From contig JBLIRP010000032.1 in NCBI GenBank assembly GCA_049472355.1, positions 1 through 36,667 on the forward strand: DNA of 36,667 bases. The letters are read 5' to 3'. The translations under genes were made by a program, and so were the position numbers. Each line of letters opens with the position of its first letter. The stretch's first letter is position 1. Below, one piece after another: positions 1-8,385 of the stretch. A model generated the notes under the pieces. It was given only the letters and a program-made list of their open reading frames with translations. It did no database searches and had not been told where the DNA came from. Origin of the DNA: a bacterium (GTDB taxonomy: Bacteria > SZUA-182 > DTGQ01 > JAFGSM01).

Positions 1-1176
1 CTGGTCGGGCCTGTGCCGGGGATGCAGATAGGGGATGTGGGGAAGGACCTTGATGTTGTCACATCCCGGCGGACACACGCTGTTGTCCGAACGGCTCGGC
101 GCCACCACATAGAGGGTAGGATCCTCGGGGACCTCCTTTTTGTTGAAGACCGTATCAAAATGCTTCTTCTGATCCCGCGCATAGAAGAAGTTGTGATGGG
201 CAAGCTGCGGGTAGGGGCGATCCGTGCCGATGTGGAGCACCAGGCCGGAACAGGCGGGCTCGAATTTTTGGAGGGTCTTTAAGAAACAGGCATCCTCGTC
301 GAGCAGACGCTCGTATGCGGGGATCACCTCCATATTGGACACCACGACATCCGCGGCATGGCCGGTGCCGGAATGGTCCACCACGCCCGTCACCCGCTCC
401 CCCTGCGTGTCGATCCGGGTGATCTCGGCATTGACATGGATGCGCACCCCCGATTCCTCAGCCAGACGCTTCAGCGCCTCGGCCAGTCGGTACATGCCCC
501 CTTCCACATACCAGAGGTCGTACTCGAATTGGATGGTGGGCATGAGGTTCATGAATCCGGGGGCACGATATGCGGAAGACCCCACATACTTGATGAAATA
601 ATCGAATATATCGATGAAGTATCGGTTCTTGATCCGCTTCCTGACCCCGCCGTGCATGCTGTGCCAGTAGTCCATGCGCAGGAGGGATCTCCAGTCGTAA
701 AACCGGGTGAAATCCCCCTTGGTGTCCAGGCCCTGCTCGAAATAGCCACGCTCGACGAGCCGATACTGACTCTTTGCGTATGCGAGAAATGCGGCGATCT
801 GCCGTGCAAGACGCTCGCCCCCGATCCTGACCGCCTCGGCCTTCATTTCATCCCAGGCCATATACAGATCGATGACCGTGCCATCCTCGAAGAAATTCCG
901 CCAGTGGGGGGTGACCGGGGTAACCCGCATGTAATCCTCCATCCGCTTGCCCGCCCGCTCCCAGAGGCGTCGAAACAGGTGGGGCAGGGTGAGGATGGAG
1001 GGGCCCAGATCGAAGGTGAATCCCTCCTTTTTGAGCTGATTGAGCTTGCCGCCCACCCGGTCGTTTTTCTCGAACATCTCCACCGCATAGCCCATCGCGG
1101 CCAGGGAAACGGCGGCGGACAACCCGCCCAGTCCTGCACCGATAACGGCGACCCGCTTCTTGTTTGTATCGGTCAT
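1..1176 (-). CDS. crtP: Phytoene desaturase-family FAD oxidoreductase, CrtP/CrtNb (diapolycopene oxygenase)-like; 3' end runs off the left edge
   Basis: Not in the ORF track (no stop in window). My translation from ATG at 1176: MTDTNKKRVAVIGAGLGGLSAAVSLAAMGYAVEMFEKNDRVGGKLNQLKKEGFTFDLGPSILTLPHLF, ending DNIKVLPHIPYLHPRHRPDQ at the edge. GxGxGG dinucleotide fold; FDLGPSILT and NIKVLPHIPY match CrtP/CrtNb as I recall them. ATG overlaps the upstream TGA. Confidence 0.8.
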   Translation of the reverse strand, partial: MTDTNKKRVAVIGAGLGGLSAAVSLAAMGYAVEMFEKNDRVGGKLNQLKKEGFTFDLGPSILTLPHLFRRLWERAGKRMEDYMRVTPVTPHWRNFFEDGTVIDLYMAWDEMKAEAVRIGGERLARQIAAFLAYAKSQYRLVERGYFEQGLDTKGDFTRFYDWRSLLRMDYWHSMHGGVRKRIKNRYFIDIFDYFIKYVGSSAYRAPGFMNLMPTIQFEYDLWYVEGGMYRLAEALKRLAEESGVRIHVNAEITRIDTQGERVTGVVDHSGTGHAADVVVSNMEVIPAYERLLDEDACFLKTLQKFEPACSGLVLHIGTDRPYPQLAHHNFFYARDQKKHFDTVFNKKEVPEDPTLYVVAPSRSDNSVCPPGCDNIKVLPHIPYLHPRHRPDQ

Positions 1177-2006
1177 GGATGAGGCCCTTCTCTCATAAGA
1201 GGCTTGATCGTTTCCAATCCCTTTTGTGCCATGGAATCGTTGGGATTGACCTGCAACGCCTTCAGGTAATAGCGTTGTGCCTGCTGATAATCCTTACGTT
1301 CCGCATACAGGTCCCCCATAAACGCCAGGCAGGTGCTGTGTCCCCAGCGCGGCTGCAGGGGATCAGCGTCCTCCTTCGACTCCCTTTCAAAGAGCGCCTC
1401 GGCCTGGTCAAAATGCTTGAGTGCCTTTTCAGTGCCGCCCCCGAAGATCTCGGGCGCGGTCCGGAGGCTGACCCCGGTCAGATAGTGGACCCGGGGATTC
1501 TCCGGATTCAATTCCAGTGCCCGGTTGCGGTTTGCCTTGACCCGGGGCCCCAAAGAAAGGGCGCTCAGGATATGCAGCTTGATCTTCATGCCCTGCAGCA
1601 CGCCAAGCAGCGCATACGACTCGGAGAAGGCGTCGTTCAGTTCCACGGCGCGCTCCAGGGTTGTGATGCCTGCATCCACCCGGGCCTCACCCTGGGTCTC
1701 ATCCCTGTCCCGATCACGGCCAAACAGGTGATGGATGGCCAGGTGAAAGAGCGCCACCCCCTCCCAATAACGAGGGAGGTGGTCATCGGGTGCCGTTTCC
1801 GAGGCCTGTTCGAAGGTTCTCAATGCCTCCTCGAATCCCTCCTTGTCCCATTGATCGTAGGCGCGGTTGAGCTGCTCGATCCCCTTCAGGATGAGATCAC
1901 GGGCGTTCTCCGGTTCGCGAGCCATGGTGCCGAAAGGGGTCAATACAAGGGTGAAAAGGAGGCCGATGCCTATCCAGGACCTGCATACAATCGATTCGCC
2001 GAACAT
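1173..2006 (-). CDS. Tetratricopeptide-repeat protein with N-terminal hydrophobic signal/anchor
   Basis: Helical repeats such as ALELNPENPRVHY and YYLKALQVNPNDSMAQ; hydrophobic WIGIGLLFTLVLTPF. Start is ATG 2006 or GTG 2027. Confidence 0.8.
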   Translation of the reverse strand: MFGESIVCRSWIGIGLLFTLVLTPFGTMAREPENARDLILKGIEQLNRAYDQWDKEGFEEALRTFEQASETAPDDHLPRYWEGVALFHLAIHHLFGRDRDRDETQGEARVDAGITTLERAVELNDAFSESYALLGVLQGMKIKLHILSALSLGPRVKANRNRALELNPENPRVHYLTGVSLRTAPEIFGGGTEKALKHFDQAEALFERESKEDADPLQPRWGHSTCLAFMGDLYAERKDYQQAQRYYLKALQVNPNDSMAQKGLETIKPLMREGPHP

Positions 2007-2244
2007 AGATATTCCATAACCTATCACGGTATGGCATAATAGGCAAGGCCGCCGGTTGTGTTTGTCAAGCCGGTTGTGTTACGGTGTGCCGGGTAACAAG
2101 AGATGTGCATTGGCGGACGAGGCCCCCGGCTTCGTGGGTCCCCCTGTCCCTGAAGCATGCGGTTTCGGAGAAAGGGGCTTCCGGGGCTGCATTTCAGAGA
2201 CATGGTACATATGCATCACCTGGTGAGGAAGGGGCAATGATCCC

Positions 2245-3123
2245 ATGTGGGATGTGATCTCGCACCATATATTCCTCTCTATCGGCCTGCTCCTGATCGG
2301 TGTCTATCTCGCCCTGTGTGTGGGATATCTTATCGGCCACCGCTATTTTGTCCTCTTCCCCACCCGCCGGATGGACAAAACACCCGATGCACTAAACTAT
2401 GCCTACGAGGATTGTTTTTTTGCCGCTCCCGATGGGACCCGCTTGCACGGCTGGTTCATCCCGGCCCGTTCATCCGCGAAGGACGAACGGCGGGAGGTCC
2501 CCCTGGTGGTGCTCTTTCCCGGTAATGAAGGCAGCCTTTCCAAGTTCCTGGACGGCATGAAGTCCGTGCTGGATGCCGGGGCGGACGTCTTTATGTTCGG
2601 GTATCGCGGATTCAGCCAAAGCCAGGTGAAGCGCCCCTCTGAAAAGGGGCTTCACCGCGATGCCGAAGGGGCGTGGCGCTATCTGACCGAATCCCGCGGT
2701 GTCGAACCCCGGCGTCTCGTCCTCTACGGTCAGTCCCTGGGATGCAGCATCGCAGCCTGGGCGGCGGCCCATTTCACCCCCGGCGCCCTCGTCCTGGAAG
2801 GGGGCTTTACCTCGCTTGCACACGTCGCCTCCCGGTATGCGCCCTGGCTTCCCGTCGCCGTGTTGACAACCGAGCGGTACGACACCCTCCGGTACGTTCG
2901 GGAGGCCGCCTGCCCGGTCCTCATCGGACACAGCCTCGACGACCGCGCCATCCCCCTTGGTCACGGCAAGAGACTGTACGCCGCCGCCCCGGAGCCGAAG
3001 CAATGGATCGATCTTCATGGAGAGCATGCGCGGGCCCTGGAGTTCGTGCCGCAGTTTGCGGGGGCCATCGTCAATTTCTGGCGGGAGCATTGCACGGCGC
3101 ACCCTTATACCCGATCCGGATGA
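2245..3123 (+). CDS. Membrane-anchored alpha/beta hydrolase (Bem46/ABHD13-like)
   Basis: N-terminal TM; LHGWFIP; GYRGF; nucleophile elbow GQSLG; Asp and His candidates in HSLDD and GEH. Confidence 0.85.
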   Translation: MWDVISHHIFLSIGLLLIGVYLALCVGYLIGHRYFVLFPTRRMDKTPDALNYAYEDCFFAAPDGTRLHGWFIPARSSAKDERREVPLVVLFPGNEGSLSKFLDGMKSVLDAGADVFMFGYRGFSQSQVKRPSEKGLHRDAEGAWRYLTESRGVEPRRLVLYGQSLGCSIAAWAAAHFTPGALVLEGGFTSLAHVASRYAPWLPVAVLTTERYDTLRYVREAACPVLIGHSLDDRAIPLGHGKRLYAAAPEPKQWIDLHGEHARALEFVPQFAGAIVNFWREHCTAHPYTRSG

Positions 3124-3428
3124 CCCTCTCTCATATACAGGAACAGGGGAAATCCCGAAGAGAGCCCGATAAGGAGGGTGACCGCCACCGGCAGCCAGAG
3201 GAAACGCATCCTTAAACGCGCACCCTCGGCAAATAGGAATATCAGAAAGACAACTGCCGCCACCACCAGATCCAGGGCGAATCCGATGCTGATCCGGTTG
3301 GCCAGCAGTTGCTGAAAGAAGAGCTGCACGTTCCATCCATGGGCCATGACAAAAGGGACGTATTGCGTCAATGGCAGGATTGCCCCGATCACACACAAGA
3401 GAAGATAGACATGGCGAATCTTCATCAT
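3105..3428 (-). CDS. Small membrane protein, DUF2834-like
   Basis: MMKIRHVYLLLCVIG...LLANRISIGFALDLVV...GLSSGFPLFLYMRE. SD AGGAGG before ATG 3428, which overlaps the upstream stop. The 323-aa track ORF is a spurious 5' extension. Confidence 0.75.
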   Translation of the reverse strand: MMKIRHVYLLLCVIGAILPLTQYVPFVMAHGWNVQLFFQQLLANRISIGFALDLVVAAVVFLIFLFAEGARLRMRFLWLPVAVTLLIGLSSGFPLFLYMREGHPDRV

Positions 3429-4390
3429 GTTCCTCCTTTCAGATAGCTTGTGGTCTGACCCCATTTTGTTTGCAGCCAGATAAAATGCAGGATGGCGACG
3501 GCCATACACACGGCTATGGAGGTCGCGGTGCGCGGATCGAAAAAGAGCAGGGAGATGGCGGCAGCCAGGCCGTAATTCTTGCGGGTCCCGATCAGCATGA
3601 GGCTGATCCTGTCGTGTGCGTTTACCCTCAGTAAGGTGCACACATACTCGATCACCAGGCCCAGTGCGAAGGTGCTGATAAAGGCGACCAGGATCAGGCG
3701 AACGAGTGTGAGGGGTGCGGTGAGAAAGCTGTCCCTGTTCAATCCGATGATCGTATAGGCCACCACGAAGAACCCCCAGTTTATACAGTATCTGCGGAAT
3801 CGGATGATGATGCCCTTCAATTGCGTGTGCCTCAGAAGGCGGGATATGATGAAGGGCAGGATGATGAGTACGGTAAGGATGCCGATAAGCCGGGCCGGGC
3901 TGACATAGCTCGTGCCCAGGACAAGCACGGAAATAAGCGGCGTAAAGACCATTGCCGCAAGATAGGCCACCGTGGAGCCGATGAGCGAGAAACGGGTGTT
4001 CCCGTCGAGCAGGTAGGTGTAAGGAATCACCGATACCGCCGGGGGAACCGTGGCGATCAGGACGAAACCGGTCCACAGGTCGTTATCCGGAATGATCAGC
4101 GAGGCAGCGCCGATGATCACCCCGCTGAGGAGGATGTAGCTGAGAAATAGTGATATGAGCGCCGGCATTGTCAGTTCCCTGATGTTCAGAAAGATTTCCG
4201 ACGGAATCTCCAACAAGGAAACGGTCATGATGAAGGCCAGGATGGGGGTGACCGCCGGTTGGACCAGGGGAGCGGCCCGGTTGAACACGAGGCCGGCAAA
4301 GAAGGCAAGGGAAAGGATAACGCTGGTATTCCCGTGAAGGCCCTTCAGGATATCCCTGAAGGATCGGGGGGCGGATTGCCTCTCATGCAT
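3425..4390 (-). CDS. Bile acid:sodium symporter-family transporter
   Basis: About 9-10 hydrophobic segments; motifs TGFVLIATVPPAVS and GTRKNYGLAAAIS. ATG 4390 overlaps the crtN 3' end. Confidence 0.75.
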   Translation of the reverse strand: MHERQSAPRSFRDILKGLHGNTSVILSLAFFAGLVFNRAAPLVQPAVTPILAFIMTVSLLEIPSEIFLNIRELTMPALISLFLSYILLSGVIIGAASLIIPDNDLWTGFVLIATVPPAVSVIPYTYLLDGNTRFSLIGSTVAYLAAMVFTPLISVLVLGTSYVSPARLIGILTVLIILPFIISRLLRHTQLKGIIIRFRRYCINWGFFVVAYTIIGLNRDSFLTAPLTLVRLILVAFISTFALGLVIEYVCTLLRVNAHDRISLMLIGTRKNYGLAAAISLLFFDPRTATSIAVCMAVAILHFIWLQTKWGQTTSYLKGGT

Positions 4391-5879
4391 CGACTGCTTG
4401 CTGTCCGATGATGTCCGAGGTGATCCTCCCCGACTCATAGATCGTGGGCAGCCCGCTGCCCGGGTGCGTCCCCCCTCCCACCAGGTAGCAGTTGCCGATG
4501 TCCTCGAATCGGTTGTGGGGCCTGAACATAAGCATCTGCCCGACATTGTGGGCCAGGTTGAAGGTGGCGCCGTTATACACGAATTTCTCCTTCTCCCAGG
4601 TAGCGGGCGATATGACCTTTTCAACCTCTATGTGTTTGCGCAGGTCCCTCAGGCCGCCCTTCGATTCGCATATATGAATCACCCTTTCCCTGAATCCCTC
4701 CCATTCATTGTCCCAATCGATGGTTGCCGTATTGTTCGGCACAGGCACCAGGACATAGATGGTTGATTTCCCTTTGGGGGCCAATGTGGGGTCCGTGCCG
4801 CAGGCATTCTGGAAATAGACGGAGGGATCCTCTGACAGGACCTTGGTCTTTGAGATCTCGGTGAGGTTCCTCTTGTAGTCGTCCGCAAAGAGGATATTGT
4901 GGTGCGGGATGTCGCTGTATTCTCTGTTCACCCCCAGGTAGAGCATAAAGGTGGAGCAGGAGTATTTCTTCTTCTCCACATATTCAGGGGTCCACTTGGC
5001 GAGGTGCTCCCTGTTCACAAGGTGATTCATGGCATACGCGAAATCGGCGTTGATGATTATGTGATCTGCGACGACCTTCTCACCGTTTTCAAGCAGAACG
5101 CCCACCGCCTTCTTGTCTTCGACAAGGAGTTCCTTCACCCCCTGCGAGACGAAGAGCCTGCCGCCGTATTCCTCGATGACCTTTGCCATGGCCTGTGAAA
5201 TTTGGTTCAGCCCGCCGATGGGGTGCCATATGCCGCCGTCATGCTCTATATATGAAATGATACTGAATATGCCGGGGCACTCCCAGGGGGACATCCCCAG
5301 GTACTTCGCCTGAAAGGTGAAGGAGATACGCAGCTCATCGTCGTTGAAGTAGCGTTTCATATGAGAGAAGATGCTCTTATGGGCGTCGAGGTAGGGCGCA
5401 GCCCTGAAGATTCGTCCCGAGAACAGGTCGCTGTAGCTTTCATACGGGACCTGCAGGCAGGGCATCATCCGGTGGAATTTTGTCTTCTCCCGCTCCAGGA
5501 ATTTCCGATACCCGGTCGCGCTGCCGGGGAACAGTGCGTCGAGCTGTTGCATGGTGGCGTCATGATCTGCATGGGAGGGGAGGAATTCGCGACCACCGCT
5601 GTATACCAGCCGGTACATCGGATCCACCTCCTTGATGTCCAGATAATCCTCGATCCGCCGGCCCGCCATTGCAAAGACTTCTTCGAGGATGAATTTCATC
5701 ATCAAAAAGGTGGGACCGATGTCGAACGTATACCCATTCATGTGCAATGCCCCGTTTCTTCCGCCGATGTAGTCCTGTTTTTCGAATATCCGGACCTCGA
5801 ATCCCTTGCTTGCCAGAAGCATCCCAGCGGTGAGTCCTCCGGGCCCTGCGCCGATGATGACCACCCTTTTTTTATTCAC
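4383..5879 (-). CDS. crtN: Phytoene desaturase family, 4,4'-diapophytoene desaturase CrtN-like
   Basis: IIGAGPGGL, FDIGPTFLMM, FTFQAKYLGMSPWECP, YSCSTFMLYLG, RPHNRFE, VGGGTHPGSGLPTIYESGRI. GGAG SD before GTG. Confidence 0.85.
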   Translation of the reverse strand: MNKKRVVIIGAGPGGLTAGMLLASKGFEVRIFEKQDYIGGRNGALHMNGYTFDIGPTFLMMKFILEEVFAMAGRRIEDYLDIKEVDPMYRLVYSGGREFLPSHADHDATMQQLDALFPGSATGYRKFLEREKTKFHRMMPCLQVPYESYSDLFSGRIFRAAPYLDAHKSIFSHMKRYFNDDELRISFTFQAKYLGMSPWECPGIFSIISYIEHDGGIWHPIGGLNQISQAMAKVIEEYGGRLFVSQGVKELLVEDKKAVGVLLENGEKVVADHIIINADFAYAMNHLVNREHLAKWTPEYVEKKKYSCSTFMLYLGVNREYSDIPHHNILFADDYKRNLTEISKTKVLSEDPSVYFQNACGTDPTLAPKGKSTIYVLVPVPNNTATIDWDNEWEGFRERVIHICESKGGLRDLRKHIEVEKVISPATWEKEKFVYNGATFNLAHNVGQMLMFRPHNRFEDIGNCYLVGGGTHPGSGLPTIYESGRITSDIIGQQAVDA

Positions 5880-6091
5880 AGCGATTCTCCTTATGCATGA
5901 CGAACATCGGATATTTCCCCTGTTTTAGACCCTTGGATTTAATTCCCACATCCTGCGGCGTTTCGATGTGCTCAATGCCTCACTCCCGTGTCCCGTGTCG
6001 CCGGCTATCATATTCCCTGCTGCAATGCCGGCATACGCCCCGTTGAGATTATGGTAATAAAACGGGATCGATCACGTTCAATCCCTTGTCT

Positions 6092-7468
6092 TCACCTGGC
6101 CATGATTCGAAAAACCGCCCTCAATGCGGACAGGCCGATCCTGTACGGAGGATATCGCAACCGATGGTGCCAGCGATACCCCTTTAATAATACCCCCCTG
6201 TAATGCGTAAAACAATCGAAGCTGCTGCGGCCATGGTAGGCGCCCATCCCGCTTGCACCTACACCCCCGAACGGCAGATGGAGATTGACGATGTGGCTCA
6301 ATGTCTCGTTGACCGCCATACCTCCCGAGGGTACCCGCATACGCACCCGGTCCCGGAGGGATCTATTTCCGGTGAACAGATACAGGGCCAGGGGGCTTGG
6401 TGCGGCCTGCAGTTGTTCAAGCAGTGGTTCGATGTCTTCGAAGCCGAATATGGGCAGGATGGGCCCGAAGATCTCCTCGTGCATGACATGCTCGTTCGAG
6501 CGGGCATCGGTGATGATCGTGGGGGCGATATACCGCTCTTCCCGGTTGTGCTCCCCCCCGTAAATAGTAGTCACACCATCCAGGCAGTGCATCAATCGAT
6601 CGAAATGCCGGGTGTTGATGATCCTTCCGTAATCCCCGCTCGATCGGGGGTCCGGTCCGTAGAATCGGCGGATGGTTTCCGTGAGCGCAGGGATCAATCT
6701 GTCCTCGATGTCTTTATGCACCCACAGATGATCGGGGGCCACGCAGGTCTGCCCCGCATTCAGGAATTTCCCCCAGACGATGCGTTCGGCAGCAATGACC
6801 GGATCACAATCCTCCATGACAATGCAGGGGTTTTTCCCCCCCAGCTCCAGGGTCACTGGAGAGAGGTGCGTGGCGGCGGATGCCATAACCCTTTTTCCTA
6901 TGGCCGTGCTGCCGGTAAAGAATATGTGGTCCCATGGGTGGTCCAGGAAAGCCTGTGCGGTGGCGGCATCACCCTGCACCACCCGGCAGTACCCCTCGGG
7001 AAAGGAGGACCGGATGATCTCCTCCAAAACTGTGCCGGTATTGGGTGCATATTCGGATGGTTTGAGCACCGCGCAGTTGCCGGAGGCCAGGGCGCCGATC
7101 AGGGGGGACACCACCAGCAGGAAGGGGTAGTTCCAGGGGCCGACGATGAGGACCACCCCCTTGGGCTCGGGATAGAGATAACTTGTGCCCGGCCAGTCAA
7201 ACCAGGGGGTTTTTCGTTTCTGGGGCCGCGCCCACCTTTTTAGATGACGCAGGGAATGATCGATTTCGTTCAGAACAAAGCCGATTTCCGAGGTGAACGA
7301 CTCGATGTTCGATTTTCCCAGATCCTGATGAAGCGCGTGCAGCAGTGCGGATTCATGCGCGGTGATGGCTGCCTTCAACCTCCTCAAGCCTTTGGTGCGA
7401 AAATCGACATGTCGGGTAGTGCCCGATCGGAAGAATTCCTTCTGCCTGAGAAAAAGATCCTGATACAT
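6092..7468 (-). CDS. Aldehyde dehydrogenase (ALDH3-like); probable 4,4'-diapolycopenal dehydrogenase by context
   Basis: PWNYP, KPSE, FTGS, LELGGKNP, GQTCVAPD (catalytic Cys), EEIFGPILP, PFGGVGASGMG. Directly upstream of crtN. Start ATG 7468 (track uses TTG 7498). Confidence 0.88.
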   Translation of the reverse strand: MYQDLFLRQKEFFRSGTTRHVDFRTKGLRRLKAAITAHESALLHALHQDLGKSNIESFTSEIGFVLNEIDHSLRHLKRWARPQKRKTPWFDWPGTSYLYPEPKGVVLIVGPWNYPFLLVVSPLIGALASGNCAVLKPSEYAPNTGTVLEEIIRSSFPEGYCRVVQGDAATAQAFLDHPWDHIFFTGSTAIGKRVMASAATHLSPVTLELGGKNPCIVMEDCDPVIAAERIVWGKFLNAGQTCVAPDHLWVHKDIEDRLIPALTETIRRFYGPDPRSSGDYGRIINTRHFDRLMHCLDGVTTIYGGEHNREERYIAPTIITDARSNEHVMHEEIFGPILPIFGFEDIEPLLEQLQAAPSPLALYLFTGNRSLRDRVRMRVPSGGMAVNETLSHIVNLHLPFGGVGASGMGAYHGRSSFDCFTHYRGVLLKGYRWHHRLRYPPYRIGLSALRAVFRIMAR

Positions 7469-7475
7469 GGCGGAA

Positions 7476-7814
7476 CTAATGATATCGCCGGGCTGCAAAC
7501 TCGATGATCACCCCGTAGACGATACCGGCAAAGAAAGCCACGATGTCACGCATGCCCGTGGACAAAAAGAACGCAAGGCTCACCAGAAGACCCAACAGTG
7601 CCCCCCGGATGTACCGGTTCAGAGAACCATTGACAATCCTCCACCCGCCGGCCAGTCCGATGATCAGCCCCATAATCACCCGGTTGTACCACATGGCGAA
7701 GAGGTACAGCCCCCTGCCGGCAAACCCTCCGGCCCTCACGCTCCCCCCGATGATGCAGATGACGCCCAAAACCGCCCCGGTAACCACCGATATGGTCAGC
7801 CTTTTTTTCGACAT
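7476..7814 (-). CDS. Small ~4-TM membrane protein, unknown function
   Basis: SD AAGGAGG before ATG 7814; four hydrophobic segments; stop 7 nt before the ALDH start. Confidence 0.7.
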   Translation of the reverse strand: MSKKRLTISVVTGAVLGVICIIGGSVRAGGFAGRGLYLFAMWYNRVIMGLIIGLAGGWRIVNGSLNRYIRGALLGLLVSLAFFLSTGMRDIVAFFAGIVYGVIIEFAARRYH

Positions 7815-8087
7815 CGTACCCTCCTTGACCAGGTGCACTGCCATGTTCCAACGACAACCGGTCTCTTGTTTTATAACGGGATCACTTTCATAACAGGATC
7901 ACCGTTTCTTCGTGACGATGATTACGCCTATGCATGAGCCTCAGGCGCTCCACGGTCGGCCCCTTCACCTGAGGGTCACCTGTATGCGGTTCCATTACCC
8001 CACGTGAATCAATGACTCATGATTTTTTATTATAACCATAGAGAACGCGAGAAAACAATGCAGAATCGTCTCGGATGGATCATGGTC

Positions 8088-8220
8088 GGTGTCCTCGTAA
8101 AAAGTCGTCAAACCTGTCTCTTCGGCGAAGGCCGGAGTCAAGAAGTATTTGAAATAACTGGATTCCGTGTCAAGCACGGAATGACCGAATAGGGTAACAT
8201 CGACCTCTTACGATTCCGTC
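8088..8220. mobile_element. MITE/REP-like element, copy 1 (133 bp)
   Basis: Aligns along its whole length with 21911-22042; imperfect terminal inverted repeats; internal hairpins; flanked by ATGGTC / ATGGTT. Confidence 0.8.
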
Positions 8221-8385
8221 ATGGTTCACTCATGAAGATTTGTGACATCGGACCATGGGGCGCCGCTGTTATCTGTTGCATCCAAGGGGGGAATTGATCA
8301 TAATGGTGATACCGACCGGAAATACCGGTGATGCCTGCCCGGTATGCTATAGAACCATGATATACAACGACAGGAGAAACCTTTC

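Noticed and set aside
358..2039. Plus-strand ORFs 358-1182 and 1164-2039
   Set aside because: Antisense shadows of the crtP-like and TPR genes.
3429..4624. 5' extensions of track ORFs 3105-4076 and 3425-4624
   Set aside because: The extensions overlap upstream genes out of frame; better starts exist at 3428 and 4390.
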